64,000 nt of DNA from the human T2T-CHM13v2.0 reference genome, Homo sapiens. Below the pieces are notes generated by a model, which was not told the origin of the DNA, ran no database searches, and saw only the letters and a list, made by a program, of their open reading frames with translations. The stretch lies in contig CP068257.2 in the NCBI GenBank assembly GCA_009914755.4, positions 10,048,001 to 10,112,000 on the forward strand, written 5' to 3'. The translations under genes and the position numbers were made by a program. Shown here piece after piece: positions 28,168 to 43,433 of this stretch (positions within the stretch are counted from its first letter, which is position 1; each line of letters opens with the position of its first letter).

Positions 28168-31100
28168 ACTACACAGCAGTACTCTGAGAAACTTCTTTGT
28201 GATGAATGCATGCAACTCTCAGAGTTGAACATATCTTTTGATTGAACAGTTTTGAAAATATATTTTTGTAGAATCTGGAAGTGGATATATGGAGCCCTTT
28301 GCGGCCTATAGTGCAAAAGGAAACATCTTCACATAAAACCTACACAGAAGCGTTCTGAGAAATTTCTTGGTGATGTGTGCATTCATCTCACAGAGTTGAA
28401 TATTTCTTTTGATTGTGCAGCTTGAAATACTGTTTTTGTGGAATCTGCAAGTGGATACTTGGAGTGTTATGTGGCCTATTGTGGAAAACGAAATACCGTC
28501 ACATAAAAACTTCACGGAAGCATTCTGAGAAACTTCTTTGTTATATGTGTATTCAACTCACAGAGTTGAACCTGTCTTTTTAAAGAGCAATTTTGAAACT
28601 GTCTTTTTGTAGAATCTGCAAGTGGATATATGGAGCCCTTTGTGACCTATGGTGTAAAAGGAAATATCTTCACAAAAAAACTACACAGAAGCATTCTGAG
28701 AAACTTCTCTGTGAAGGGTTCATTCATCTCACAGACTTGAACCTTTCTTTTGTTTGAGCAGTTTGGAAACTTTTTTTTGTAGAATCAGTAAGTGGATATT
28801 TGGAAGGCTTAGGGGACTATTGTGGAAAAGGAAATATCTTCACATAAAAACTACACAGAAGCATTCTGAGAAGCTTCTTTGCGATGTGTGCATTCATCTG
28901 ACAGAGTTGAAACTTTCTTTAAGCAGTTTGGAAACACTCTTTTTGTAGAATCTGCAAGTGGATATTTGGAGCCCTTTGAGGCTTATGGTGGAAAAGGAAA
29001 TATCTTCAGATAAACACTACACAGGAGCATTCTGAAAAACTGCTTTGTGATGTGTGCATTCATCTCACAGAGTTGAATTTTTCTTTTGATTGAGCAGTTT
29101 TGAAACGCCCTTTTCGTGGAATGTGAAAGTGGATATTTGGAGGGTTTTGAGGCCTACGGTGGAAAAGGAAATATCTTCACATAAAAACTACAAAGAAGGA
29201 TTCTGAGAAACTTATTTGTGATGTATGCAATCAACTCACAGACTTGAACATATCTTTGGATTGAGCAGCTTTGAAACTGTCTTTTTGTGCAATCTGCAAG
29301 TGGATATTTTGAGCCCTTTGTGGCCTATGGTGAAAAAGGAAATATCTTCAGATAAAAACTACAAAGAAGCATTCTGAGAAACTTCTTTGTGATGTGTACA
29401 TTCATCTCACAGAATAGGAACTTTCTTTTGATTGAGCAGTTATGAAATACCCTTTTTGTAGAATGATCATGTGGATATTTTGAGGGCTTTGAGGCCTACT
29501 GTGGAGAAGTTAATATCTTCACATCAAAACTACTCAGAATCATTCTGAGAAACTTCTTTGCGATGTGCGAATTCATCCGACTGACTTCAACCTTTCTTTT
29601 GTTTGGGCAGTTTAGAAACACTCTTTTTATAGAATCTGCAAGTGAATATTTGGAGGGAATTGAGGCCTATGGCTGAAAAGGAAATATCTTTACATAAAAA
29701 CTACACAAAAGCATTCTGAGAAACTTCTTTGTGATGTGTGCATTCAAATCACAGAGCTAAACCTATCTTTTGATTGACCAGTTTTGAAACTCTCTTTTGT
29801 AGAATCTGCAAGTGGATATTTGGAGTGCTTTGAGGCCTATTGTGGAAAAGAAAATATCCTCACATAAAAACTACACAGAAGCATTCTGAGAAACTTCTTT
29901 GTGATGTGTGCATTCATCTCAAGGAGTTGAACGTTTCTTTTGATTGTGCAGCTTGGAAACACTGTTTTTGTAGAATCCGCAAGTGGATATTTGGAGTGCT
30001 ATGTGGCCTATGATGGAAAAGGAAATATCTTCACGTAAAAACTTCACAGAAGCATTCTGAGAAACTTCTTTGTTATGTTTGTATTCAAGTCACATAGTTG
30101 AACCTATCTTTTGATACAGCAGTTTTGAAACTCTCTTTTTGTAGAATCTGCAAGTGGATATTGGGAACCCTTTGCAGCCTATGGTGTAAAAGGAAATATC
30201 CTCACATAAAAACTACACAGAAGCATCCTGAGAAACTTCTTTGTGATGTGTGCATTCATCTCACAGAGTTGAACTTTTCTTTTGATTGTGCAGTTTGGAA
30301 ACACTCCTTTTGTAGAATCTGTACGTGGATATTTGGAGGGTTTTGAGTCCTACGGTGGTAAAGAAAATGTCGTCACATGAAAAATACACAGAGGCATTCT
30401 GAGAAACTTCTTTGTGACGTGTGGATTCATCTCCCAGAGTTGAACCTATCGTTTGATTAAGAAGTTTTGAAACTCTCTTTTTGTAGAACCTGCAAGTGGA
30501 TATTTGGAGCCATTTGCAGCCTCTGGTGTAAAAGGAAATATCTTCACTTTAAAACTACACAGAAACATTCTGAGAAACTTCTTTGTGACGTGTGCATTCA
30601 TCTCACAGATTTGAAATTTTCTGTTGATTCAGCAGTTTTGAGACACTTTTTTTTTGTAGAATCTGCAGTTGGATATTTGGAGCGCTTTAAGGCCTATTGT
30701 GGAAAAGGAAATATCTCCACATAAAAACTATACAGAAACATTCTGAGAAACTTCTATGCGATGTGTGCATTCATCTGACAGAGTTGAACCTTTCTTTAGT
30801 TTGAGCAGTTTGGAAACACTCTTTTTGTAGAATCTGCAATTTAATACTTGGAGCACTTTGAAGACTACAGTGGAAAAGGAAATACCTTCACATAAAAACT
30901 ACACAAAACTATTGTGACAAGCTTCTTTGTGGTGTGTGCATTCAACTCACAGGGTTGAACCTATCTTTTGATTGACCAGTTTTGAGACTCTCTTTTTGTA
31001 GAATCTGCAAGTGAATATTAGGAAATCCTTGTAGCCTATGGTGGAAAAGGAAATATCTTCACATAAAAACTACACAGAAGCATTCTGAGAAACTTCTTTG

Positions 31101-34100
31101 TAATGTGAGCATTCATCTCACAGATTTGCACCTTTATTTGATTGAGCAGTTTGAAACTCTCTTTTTCTGTAATCCGCCAGTGTATATTTGGAGCATTTTG
31201 TGGCCTATGGTAGAAAAGGAAATATCTTCTCATAAAAAGTACACAGAAGCATTCTGAGAAACTTCTCTGTGATGTATTCATTCTACTCACAGAGTTGAAC
31301 CTATTTTTTGATTGAGCAGTTTTGTAATTATCTTTTTCAATAATCTGCAAGTGGATATTGGGAGTCCTTTGTGGCCTAATAAGGAAAAGGAAGTATCTTC
31401 ACACAAAAACTACACAGAAGAATTTTGAGAAACTTCTTTGTGATGTGTGCATTCATCTCAGAGTGTTCAACGTTTCTTTTGATTGAGTCGTTTGGAAACA
31501 CTCTTTTTGCAGAATGTGCAAGTTGATATTTGTAGCGCTTTGAGGCCTCCAGTGGAAAAGGAAATATCTTCACATAAAAACTACACAGAAGCATTCTGAG
31601 AAATTTCTCTGTGATCTGTGCATTCAACTCACAGGGTTGAATCTATCTTTTGATTGACCAGTTTTGAGTCTCTCTTTCTGTGGAATCTGCAAGTGGATAT
31701 TTAAAGCCCTTTGTGGCCTATGGTGGAAAAAGAAATATCATCACATAAAAACTACACAGAAGCATTCTGAGAAAGTTTTTGTGATGTGTGCATTCATCTC
31801 ACGGAGTTGAGCCTATCTTTTGATTGGGCAGTTTTGAAACTCTCTTTTTGAAGAATCTGGAATGAGTATTTGGAGGCCTTTGTGGCATATGGTGCAAAAG
31901 GAAATATCTTCACATAAAAACTACACAGAAGCATTCTGAGAAACTTCTCTGTGATGTGTGCATTCAACTCACAGAGTTGAAGCTACCTTTGATTGAACAG
32001 TTTTGAATCTCTCTTTTTGTAGAATCTGCAAGTGGAAGTTTGGAGCCCTTTGCGGCCAATGGTGGAAAAGGAGATATCTTCAAATGAAAACTACACAGAA
32101 ATATTCTGAGAAACTTCCTGTTGTGTGCATTCATCTCACACACTTGAACCTATCTTTTGATTGAGCAGTTTTGAAACCCTCTGTTTGTAGAATCTGAAAG
32201 TGGATATCTGGAGCGCTTTGGTGCCTATTGTGGGAAAGGAAATATCATCACAAAAAAACTACACGGAAACATTCTGAGAAACTTCTTTGTGATGTATGCA
32301 TTCATCTCACAGAGTTGAACCTTTCTGTCGATTCAGCAGTTTTCACATTCTTTTTGTAGAATCTGCAAGTGGATATTTGGAGCGCTTTGAGGCCTATGGT
32401 GGAAAAGGAAATATCTTCACAGAAAAATTACACAGAAGCATTCTGAGGAAGTTCTTTGTGATGTGTGCATTCATCTGTCAAAGTTGAACATTTCTTTTGT
32501 TTGAGCAGTTTGGGATCACTCTTTTTGTAGAATCTGCAAGTGGATATTTGGAGCATTTTGGAGTCTATGGTGTAAAAGTAAATATCTACACATAAAAACT
32601 ACACAGAAGAATTCTGAGAAAATTCTTTGTGATGTGTGCATTCTTCTCACAGAGTTGAATCCATCTTATCATTGAGCAGTTTTGAGACACTCTTTTTGTA
32701 GAAACTGCAAGTGGATATTTGGAGTGCTTTGAGGTCTATTGAATAAAAGAAACTATCTTCATATAAAAACTACACAGAATCATTCTGAGAAACTTCATTG
32801 TGATGAGTGCATTCATAACACAGAGTTAAACCTATTTTTGATTCAGTAGTTTTGAATCTCTCTTTTTGTATAATCTGCAAGTAGATATTTGGAGCCCTTT
32901 TCAGCCTATGGAGGAAAAGGAAATATCTTGAAATAAAAACTACATGGAAGCATTCTGAGAATCTTCTTTGTGATGTGTGCATTCATCCCACAGTGTTAAA
33001 CCTTTCTTTTGGTAGAGCAGTTTTCAAACACTGTTTTTGAAAAATCTGCAAGAGGATATTTTGAGCTCTTTGAGGCCTATTGTGGACAAGTAAATATGTT
33101 CACAGAAAAACTATAAAGAGGCATTCTGAGTAACTTCATTTGATGTGTAAATTCACTGAACAGAGATGAACCTATCTTATGATTGAGCAGTTTTGAAACA
33201 CTCTCTTTGTATAATCTTCCAGTTGATATTTGAAGCGCTTTGAGGTCTATTGTGGAAAAGAAATATCTTCACATAAAAAGTGCATAGAAGCATTCTGATA
33301 ATCTTCTTTGTGATGTGTGCATTCATCTCACAGAGTTGAACCTTTCTTTTGTTAGAGCAGTTTTGAAACACGGTTTTTGTAAAATCTGCAAGAGGATATT
33401 TTGAGCGCTTTGATGCCTATTGTGGAAAAGTAAATATTTCCACACAAAACCTATGCAGAGGCATTCTGAGTAACTTCTTTGTGATGTGTGCATTCATCTC
33501 ACAGAGTTGAACCTTTCTTTTGATTGAGCAGTTTTGAAACACTCTTTCTGTAGAATCTGCAAGTGGATATTTTGAACACTTTGAGGACTACAGTGGAAAA
33601 GGAAATATCTTCACATAAAAACTACACAGAAGCATTCTGAGAAACTTCTTCATCATGTGAGCATTCAACACACAGAGTTGAACCTATCTTTTCATAGAGC
33701 AGTTTTGAATCTCTCTTTTTGTAGAATCTACAAGAGGATATTTGGATACCTTTGCAGCCTATAGAGGAAAAGGAAATATCTTCAAATAAACACTACACAG
33801 GAGGATTCTAAGAAACTTCTTTATGATATGTGCATTCATTTGACATAGTTGAATCTTTCTTTTGATTGAGCAGTTTTGAAACTCAGTTTTTGTAGAATCT
33901 GCAAGTGGATATTTGGAGCCATTTGAGGCCTACTGTGGAAAAACAAATATCTTCACATAAAAACCACACAGAGGCATTCTGAGAAACTTCTTTGTGATGT
34001 GTGCATTCATCTCACAGTGTTGAAATTTTCTTTTGATTGAGCAGTTTTGGTTCTCTCTTTTTCTAGAATCTGGAATTGGATATTTGGAGCCTCTTGCGGT

Positions 34101-37100
34101 CTATGGAGGCAAAGGAAATATCTTCAAATAAAAACTACAGAGAAGAATTCTCAGAAATTTCTAGGTTCTATTTGCATTCATCTCACAGAGTTGAACCTTT
34201 CTTTTGATGGAGGAGTTTTGAAACACTCCTTTTGTAGATTCTGCAAGTGGATATTTGGTGCGCACTGAAGTCTATTGTCGAAAAGGCAATATCTTCACAT
34301 AAAAACTACACAGAAGCATTCTGAGAAACTTCTTTTTGATGTGTGCATTCATCTCACATAGTTGAACCTTTCTTTTCATTGAGAAGTTTTGGAACACAGT
34401 TTTTGTAGGATCTGCAAGTGGATATTTGGAGAGATTTGAGGTCTACTTTGTAAAAGCAATTATCTTCACATAAAAACTACACAGAAGCATTCTGAGAAAA
34501 TTTTGTGATGTGTGCATTCATCTCACACAGTTGAAACATTATTTTGATTGAGCAGTTTTGAAACACTCTTTCTATAGAATCTGCAAGTGGATATTTTGAG
34601 CATTTTGAGGCCTATAGTGGAAAAGGAAATATCTTCACATAAAAACTACACAGAATCATTCTGAGAAACTACTTTGTGATGTGTGCATTCATCTCACAGA
34701 GTTGAATCTATGTTATGGTTTAGCAGTTTTCAAACACTCTCTTTGTAGAATCTACAAGTGGATCCTTGGAACGATTTGAGGCATATTGTGGAAAAGGAAA
34801 TATGTTCACATAAAAACTACACAAAAGCATTCTGAGAAAGTTCTTTGTGATGTGTGCATTCAACTCACAGAGTCTAATCTGTCTTTTGATTGAGCAGTTT
34901 TTAAATACTGTTTTTGTAGAATCTGCAAGTGGATATTTTGTGGACTTTGAGGCCTATTTTGGAAAAGGAAATATCTTCACATAAAAACTACACAGAAGCA
35001 TTCTGAGAAACTTCTTTGTGATGTGTTCATTCAACTCACAAACTTGAACCTATATTTCGATTGAGCAGTTATGGATTTCTCTTTTTCTAGGATTTGGAAG
35101 TGGATATTTTGAGTCCTTTGTGGTTCATGGAGGCAAAGGAAATATCTTCAAATAAAATCTACACAGAAGCATTCTGAGAAACTTCTTTGTGATGTGTGCA
35201 TTCATCTCACAGAGATGAACCTATCTTATGACTGAGCAGCTTTGAAACACTCTCTTTGCAGAATCTTCAGGGGAATATTTGGAGTGCTTTGTGGCCAGTT
35301 GGGTAAAAGGAAATAGCTTCACATAAAACCTACACAGAATTATTCTGAGCAACTACTTTGTGATGTGCGTATTCATCTAACAGAGCTGTATGTTTCTTTT
35401 GGTTGAGCAGTTTTGAAACACTGTTTTTATAGAATCTGCAAGTGGATATTTGGAATGCTTTGAGGCCTACTGTGGAAAAACAAATATCTTCACGTAAAAA
35501 CCACACAGAAGCATTCTGAGAAACATCTCTGTGATGTGTGCATTCATCCCACAGAGTTGAAAGTTTCTTTTGATTGAGAACTTTTGAAACACACTTTTTG
35601 TAGAATCTGCAAGTGGATATTTGAAGCCCTTTGCAGCCTATGGAGGAAAAGGAAATATCCTGAAATAAATACTACACAGAAGCATTCTGAGAAACTTCTT
35701 TGTGATGTGTGCATTCATCTCATAGATTGGAACCTATCTTATGATTGAGCAGTTTTGAAACACTCTCTTTGTAGAATCTGCAAGTGGAAACTTGGACGAT
35801 TTCAACCCTATAGTGGAAAAGGAAATATCTTCACATAAAAACTTCACAGAAGCATTCTGAGAAACTTCTTTGTGATGTTTGCATTCGTCTCACAGAGATG
35901 AATATTTCTTTTGATTGTGCAGTTTTGAAACACTGTTTTTGTAGAATCTGCAACTGGATATTTGGAGCCCTTTGCGGTCTATATGAAAAAAGGAAATATC
36001 TTCAGATAGAAACTACACAGAAACATTGTGAGAAACTTCTTTGTGATGTGTGCATTCATCTCACAGAGTTGAACTTTTCTTTTGATGGAGAAGTTTTGAA
36101 ACACTCTTTTTGTAGAAACTGCAAGTTGCTATTTGGAGCCCTTTGCGGCATATGGTGAAACAGGGAATACCTTCACATAAAAACTACACAGAAACATTCT
36201 GAGAAACTTCTTTGTGATGTGTGCATTACTCTCACAGAGTTGAACCATTCTTTTGATTGAGCAGGTTTGAAACAATCTCTTTGTAGAATCTGCAAGTGGA
36301 TACTTGGAATGCTTTGAGGCCTATTGTGGAAAAGGAAATATCTTCACATAGAAACTACACAGTAGAATTCAGTGAAACTTCTTTGTGATGTGTGCATTCA
36401 ACTCACAGAGTTGAACATTTCTTTTGATTGACCAGTTTGGAAACATTCTTTTTGTAGAAACTGCAAGTGGATATGTGGAGCCTTTTGTGGCCTAAGGTGG
36501 AAAAGGAAATATCTTCACATAAAAACTACACAGAAGCATTCTAACAAACTACCTTGTGATGTGTGCATTCATCTGACAGAGATGAACCTTTATTTTGATT
36601 GAGCAGTTTTGAAAAACTCTTTTGTAGAATCTGCAAGTGGATCTTTGGAGAGCTTTGAGCCTATTGCAAAAAAGAAAATATCTTCACATAAAAACTACAC
36701 AGAAGGAGTCTGAGATAATTTTTGTGATTGTGCATTCATTTCACCTTTCTTTTGACTATGCAGTTTGGAAATACTCTTTTAGGGTGATCTGCAAGTGGAT
36801 ATTTGCAGTGCTAGGAGGCATATTGAGGAAAAGGAAATATCTTCCCATAAAAAATACACAGAAGCATTCTGAGAAACTTATTTGTGATGTGTGCATTCAA
36901 CTCTCGGAGTTGAACCTATCTTTTGATAAGCAGTATTGAAACACTTTTTTTTTTGGAATCTGCAGGTGGATATTTGGAGCGCTTTGAGGCCTATGGTGTA
37001 AAAGGAAATATCTTCACATAAAAACTACACAGAAGCATTCAAAGAAACTTCTTTGTGATGTGAGCATTCAACTCACAGAGTTGAACTTAACTTTTTATTG

Positions 37101-39400
37101 AGGAGCTTTGAAAATCTCTTTTTGTAGAATCTGCAAGTGGATATTTAGAGCCCCTTGCTGCCTGTGGTGGAAAAAGAAATATCTTCACATAAAAACTTCA
37201 CAGAAGCATTCTGAAAAAAACTTCTTGGTGATGTGTGCATTCATATCACAGAGTTCAACATTTCTTTTGATTGAGCTGTTTTGAAACACTATTTTTGTAG
37301 AATCTGCAAGTGGATATTTGGAGCACTTTGAGGCCTATTGTAGAAAAGGAAATATCTTCACATGAAAACAACACAGAAACATTCTGACAAATTTCTTTGT
37401 GATGTGTGCGTTCATCTCACAGAGTTGAACTTTTCTTTTGATTGAGCAGTTTTCAAACACTGTTTTTGTAGTATCTCTAAGTGGATATTTTGAGCGCATT
37501 GGGGTCTATGGTGGAAAAGGATATATCTTCACATAAAATCTACACAGAAGCATTCTGAGAAACTTCTTTCTGACGTGTGTATTCAAACCACAGATTTGAA
37601 CCTATCTTTTGATTGTACAGTTTTCAAACTCTCTTTTTGTAGAATCTGCAAGTGGATATTTGGAACCTTTTTTGGCCTCTGGTGGAAAAGGAAATAACTT
37701 CACATAAAAACTACACAGAAGCATTCTGAGAAACTTCATTGTCATGTGTGGATTCATCTCAGAGTGTTGAACCTTTCTTTTCACTGAGCACTTTTGAAAC
37801 AGTCTTTTTGTAGAATCTGCAAGTGGATATTTGGAGCCCCTTGAGTCCTACTGTGGAAAAGAAAATATCTTTACATAAAAACATCACAGATGCATTCTGA
37901 GAAACTACTTTGCAAGGTGCGCATTCATCTCACATAGTTCAACTTTCTTTTGATTGAGCAATTTTGAAACACACTTTTTGTAGAATCTGCAACTAGATAT
38001 TTGGAGTGCATTGAGGCCTATGGTGGAAAAGGAAATATCTTCACTTAAAGCTACACAGAAGCATTCTGAAAAACTTCTTTGTGAAATGTTCGTTCAACAC
38101 ACTGTGGTGAACATTTCTTTTCATTGAGCAGTTTTGAAAACCACTATTTGTAGAATCTGCAAGTGGATATTTGTAGTGCTTAGAGGCCTATTGTGGAAAA
38201 GGAAATATCTTCACATAAAAATTACACAGAAGCATTCTGAGAAACTTGTTTGTGATGAGTGCATTCAGCTCACAGAGTTGAACCTATCTTTTGATAGAGC
38301 AATTTTGAAACTCTCTTTTTGTAGAATCTGCAAGTGGATATTTGGAGCCCTTTGTGGCCTATGGTGGAAAAGGAAATATCTTCACATAAAAACTACACAG
38401 AAGCATTCTGAGAAATGTCTTTTTAAGTGTTCATTCATGTCACAGAGCGCTTTGAGGCCCATTGTGGAAAAGGATATATCTTCACATAAAAACTACACAG
38501 AAGCATTCTGAGAAACTTCTGTGTAATATGTGCATTCATCTCCCAGAGTTGTAACTTTCTTTTGATTGAGCAGTTTGGAAACACTCTTTTAGTAAAATCT
38601 ACAAGTGGATACTTGGAGCGCTTTGAGGCATATTGTAGAAATGGAAATATCTTCACATAACAACTAAACAGAAGCATTCTGAGAAACTTCTTTGAGATGT
38701 GTGCATTTAACTCAGAGTTGTATCTATCTTTTGATAGAGGAGTTTTGAAACTCTCTTTATGTAGAATCTGTAAGGGAATATTTGGAGCCCTTTGTGGCCT
38801 ATGGTGTAAAAGGAAATACCTTCACATAAAAACTACACAGAAGCATTCTGAGAAACTTCTTTGTGTTGTGTGCATTCATCTCAAAGAGATGAACCTTTAA
38901 TTCGATTGAACAGTTTTGAAACACTCTTTTTGTAGAATCTGCAAGTGGATATTTGGAACGCTTTGGAGAGAATGGTGGAAATGGATATATCTTCATATAA
39001 AAACTACGGAAAAGCATTCTGAGAAACGACTTTGTGATGTGTGTATTCAAATCACAGCGTTGAACCATTCTTTTGATTGTGCAGTTTTGAAACTCTTTTT
39101 GTGGAATCTGCAAGTAGATACTCGGAGGTCTTTGCGGAGTATTGTGGAAAAGGAAATAACTTTGCATAAAAGCTACACAGACACATTCTGGGAAACTTCT
39201 TTGTGATGTGTGCATTCAACTCACAGAGTTGAACCTTTCTTTTGATTGAGCAGTTTTGAAACACACTTTTTGTTGAATCTGCAAGTGGATATTTGGAGAG
39301 GTTTGGGACTTATGGTGGAAAAGTAAATATCTTCACATAAAAACTGCACAGAGGTATTCTGAGAAACTTCCCTCTGATGTTCACATTCAGCTCACTGAAT
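28168..39400 (+). repeat. Alpha satellite layer B continued (same monomer type as 14651-21981)
   Basis: Continues directly after the L1 TSD with 'ctacacagcagtactctgagaaac'. 'gtggatatttggag' and 'aaaactacacagaagcattctgag' persist to ~39.3 kb. Confidence 0.85.
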
Positions 39401-42400
39401 TGGACCTTTCCTTTGATTGAGCAGTTTTGAAACACTCTTTTGTAGAATCTGCAATTGGATATTTGAAGCGCTTTCCAGCCTCGAGTGGAAAAGGAAATAT
39501 CTTCACATAAAAACTAGACAGAAATATTCTGCGAAACTTCTTTGTGATGTGTGCATTCTTCTCACAGAGTTGAACTTTTCTTTTGATTGAGCAGTTTTGA
39601 AACACTCTTTTTGTAGAATCTGCAAGTGGATATTTGGAGCACTTCCAGTCCTACGGTGTTAAAGGAAATATCTTCACATCAAAACTAGACAGAAGCACTC
39701 TGAGAAACTTCTTTGTGATGTGTACATTCAACTCACAGGTTTGAACCTTTCTTTTGATTAAGCAGTTTTGAAACACACTTTTTGTAGAATCTGAAGGTGG
39801 ATATTGGGAGCACTTTGGGGCCTATGGTGTAAAAGAAAATATCTTCAAATAAAAACTGGACAGAATCATTCTGAGAAACAACTTTGTGATGTGTGCATTC
39901 ATCTCACTGAGTTGAACGTTTCTTTTGATTGAGTAGTTTTGAAACGCACATTTGTAGACTCTACCAGGGGATATTTGGAGTACTTTGGGGTCTACGGTGG
40001 AAAAGGAAATATCTTCACCTAAAAACTAGACGGAAGCATTGTGAGAAGCTTCTTTGTGATGTGTGCATTCAACTAACACAGTTGAACCTTTCTTTTGATT
40101 GAGCAGTTTTGAAACACTCTTTTTGAAGAATCTGCAAGTGGATATTTGGAGCGCTTTGCGGCCTATTGTGGAAAAGGATATATCTTCAAATAAAAACTAG
40201 AAAGAAGCACTTTGAGAAACTTCTTTATGAGATGTGCATTCATCTCGCAGACTTGAACCTTTCTTTCGATTGAGCAGTTTTGAAACACTATTTTTGTAGA
40301 ATCTGCAAGGGATATTTGAAGAGATTTGAGGCCTAATGTGGAAAAGGAAATATCTTCACATGAAAACTAGACAGAAGCATTCTGAGAATCTTCTTTGTGA
40401 TGTGTGCATTCATCTTACAGAGCTGAAACTTTCTTTTGATTCAGCAGTTTTGAAATACTCTGTTTATGGAATCTGCTTGTGGATTTTTGGAGCGATTTGA
40501 GTCACGTTGTGGAAAAGGAAATATTGTCATATGAAAACTAGAAAGAAGCATTCTGAGAAAATTATTTGTGATGTGTGCATTCAACTCACAGAGTTGAAAG
40601 TTTCTTTTGATTGAGCAGTTTGGAAACACTGTTTTTGCAGAATCTGCAAGTTGATATTTGTAGCGCTTGGTGGCCTATATTGGAAAAGGAAATATCTTCA
40701 CATATATACAAGACGGAAGCATTCAGGGAAACTACTTTGTGATGTGCATTCAATTCAAAGAGCTGAACATTTACCCTGATTGAGCTGCTTGGAAAGCATC
40801 TTTCTGTAGTATCTGCAATTGGACATTTTGAGCGCTTTGAGGCCTATGGTGGAAAAGGAAATATCTTCACATAAAAACTAGACAGAAGCATTCTGAGAAA
40901 ATTCTTTGTGATGTGTGCATTCAACTCACAGAGTTGAACCTTTCTTTTGATCGAGCAGTTTGGAAGCAGTCTTTTTGTAATATCTACCAGTGGATATTTG
41001 GATCACTTTACATCATGGATTGGAAAAGGAAACATCTTCACATAAAAACTAGACAAAAGCATACTGAGAAACTTCTTTGTGATGTGTCCATTCATCTCGT
41101 AGAGTTAAATCTTTCTTTTGATAGAGCAGGTTTGAAACACTCTTTTTGTAGGTTCTGCAAGTGTATATTTGGAGTGCTCTGTGGCCGATAGTGGAAAAGG
41201 AAATATCTTCACATAAAAAAATACACAGAAGCACTCTGAGAAACTTCTCGGTGTTGTGTGCAGTCATATCACAGACTTGAAACTTTCTTTGATACAGCAG
41301 TTTCAAAACGCTCTTTTTGGAGATTCTGAAAGTAGATATTTGGAGAGACTTGGGGCCTATGGTGGAAAAGGAAATATCTTCACATAAAAACTAGACAGAA
41401 GCATTCTGAGAAGCTTCTTTGTGATATGTGCATCCATCTCAAAGAGTTGAACCTTTCTTTTGATTGAGCATTTTTGAAGCACTCTTTTTGTAGAATCTTC
41501 AAGTGGATATTTGGAATGCTTTGTGGCCTGTGGTGGAAAAGGAAATATCTTCACATAAAAACTAGACAGAAGCATTCTGAGAAACTTATTTGTGATGTGC
41601 TCATTCAACTCACAGATTTAAACTTTTCTTTTGATTGAGCAGTTTGGAAACAGTCTTTTTGTAGTACCTGCAAATGGATATTTGGAGTGCTTTGGGGCCT
41701 GTGGTGGAAAAGGAAATATATACACACAAAAACTAGACAGAAACATTATGAGAAACTGCTCTGTGATGCGTGCATTCATCACCAGGGTTGAACCTTTCTT
41801 TTGATTGAACAGTTTTGAAACACTCTTTCTGTAGAATCTGAAGGGGATATTTGGAACGCCTTGCGGCCTATGGTGAAAAACGAAATATCTTCACATAAAA
41901 ACTAGACAGATGCATTCTGAGAAAGTGCTTTGTGAGGTGTACATTCATCTCACAGAGTTAAACCTTTCTTTTGATTGAGCAGTTTTGAAACACTCTTATT
42001 GTACAATCTGCAAGTGGATATTTGGAGAGTTTGAGGCCACTGGTGGAAAAGCAAATATCTTCACATAAAAACTAGACAGAACCATTCTGAGAAATCTCTT
42101 TGAGATGCGTGCATTCAACTCACAGAGTTGGACCTTTCCTTTGATTGAGCAGTTTGGAAACAGTCTTTTTGCAGTATATGCAAATGGATATTTGGAGCAC
42201 TTTCAGGCCTATAGTAGGAAAGGAAATATCTTCACATAAAAACTAGACAGAAAATTACTGAGAAATTTCTCAGTGATGTGTGCATTCATCTCACAGAGTT
42301 GAAACTTTCTTTTGATTGAGCAGTTTGGAAACACTCTTTTAGTAGAAACTGCAAGGGGATATTTGGAGCACTTTGTGGTCTTTGGTAGAAAAGGATATAT

Positions 42401-43005
42401 CTTCACATTAAAAATAGACAGAAGCATTCTGAGGAACTTCTTCATGATGTGTGCATTCATCTCAGAGAGTTGAACTTTTCTTTTGATTGAGCAGCTTTGA
42501 AAAACTCTTTCTGCAGAATCTGCAAGTTGATATTTGGAGTGCTTTGGGGCCTATAGTAGAAAAGGAAATATCTTCACATAAAACTAGACAGAAGCATTCT
42601 GAGAAACTTCTTTGTGATGTGTGCATTAATGTCACAGAGTTGAACCTTTCTTTTGTTTGAGCAGTTTTGAAACTCTCTTTTTGTAGAATCTTCAAGTGAA
42701 TATTTTTAGCACTTTGAGGCCTGTGGTGGAAAAGAAAACATCTTCACATAAAAACTAGTCAGAAGCTTTCTGAGAAACTTCTTTGTGATGTGTGCATTCA
42801 ACTCATGGAGTTGAACCTTTCCTTTGATTCAGCAGTTTGGAAACAGTCTTTTTGTAGTATCTGCAAATGGATATTTGGAGAGCTTTGAGGCCTATGGTGA
42901 AAAAGAAAATATCTTCACATAAAAACTAGACAGAAGCATTCTCAGAAACTTCTTTGTGATGTGTGCATTCATCTCACAGAGCTCACAGAGTTGAACCCTT
43001 GTTTT
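39401..43005 (+). repeat. Alpha satellite layer C: homogeneous monomeric type 'aaaactagacagaagcattctgagaaacttctttgtgatgtgtgcattcatctcacagagttgaacctttcttttgattgagcagttt(t/g)gaaacactc...gcaagtggatatttggag'
   Basis: From ~39.5 kb 'ctagacagaag' returns while 'ggatatttgg' is kept. Monomers in this layer are more similar to each other than in layer B. Confidence 0.8.
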
Positions 43006-43420
43006 TTTTTTTTATTGTACTTTAAGTTTTAGGGTACATGTGCACATTGTGCAGGTAAGTTACATATGTATACATGTGCCATGCTGGTGCACTGCACCCA
43101 CTAACGTGTCATCTAGCATTAGGTATATCTCCCAATGCTATCCCTCCCACCTCCCCCGACCCCACCACAGTCCCCAGAGTGTGATATTCCCCTTCCTGTG
43201 TCCATGTGATCTCATTGTTCAATTCCCACTTATGAGTGAGAATATGCGGTGTTTGGTTTTTTGTTCTTGCGATAGTTTACTGAGAATGATGGTTTCCAAT
43301 TTCATCCATGTCCCTACAAAGGACATGAACTCATCATTTTTTATGGCTGCATAGTATTCCATGGTGTATATGTGCCACATTTTCTTAATCCAGTCTATCA
43401 TTGTTGGACATTTGGGTTGT
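43006..43420 (-). mobile_element. 5'-truncated L1 3' end (~415 bp) with poly-T (= polyA on minus strand) and 13-bp TSD
   Basis: Reverse complement of the L1 ORF2 end and 3'UTR (…gtactttaagttttagggtacatgtgcacattgtgcaggt…catttgggttg). Poly-T at 43006-43013. TSD GAACCCTTGTTTT at 42993-43005 and 43421-43433, after which the alpha monomer resumes at 'gattgagcag'. Confidence 0.9.
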
Positions 43421-43433
43421 GAACCCTTGTTTT

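Noticed and set aside
36140-36170. Candidate CENP-B box 'ggtgaaacagggaatacc'
   Set aside because: It lacks the essential CGGG core (it has CAGGG) and the TTCG half-site. No intact box was found anywhere on my reading.
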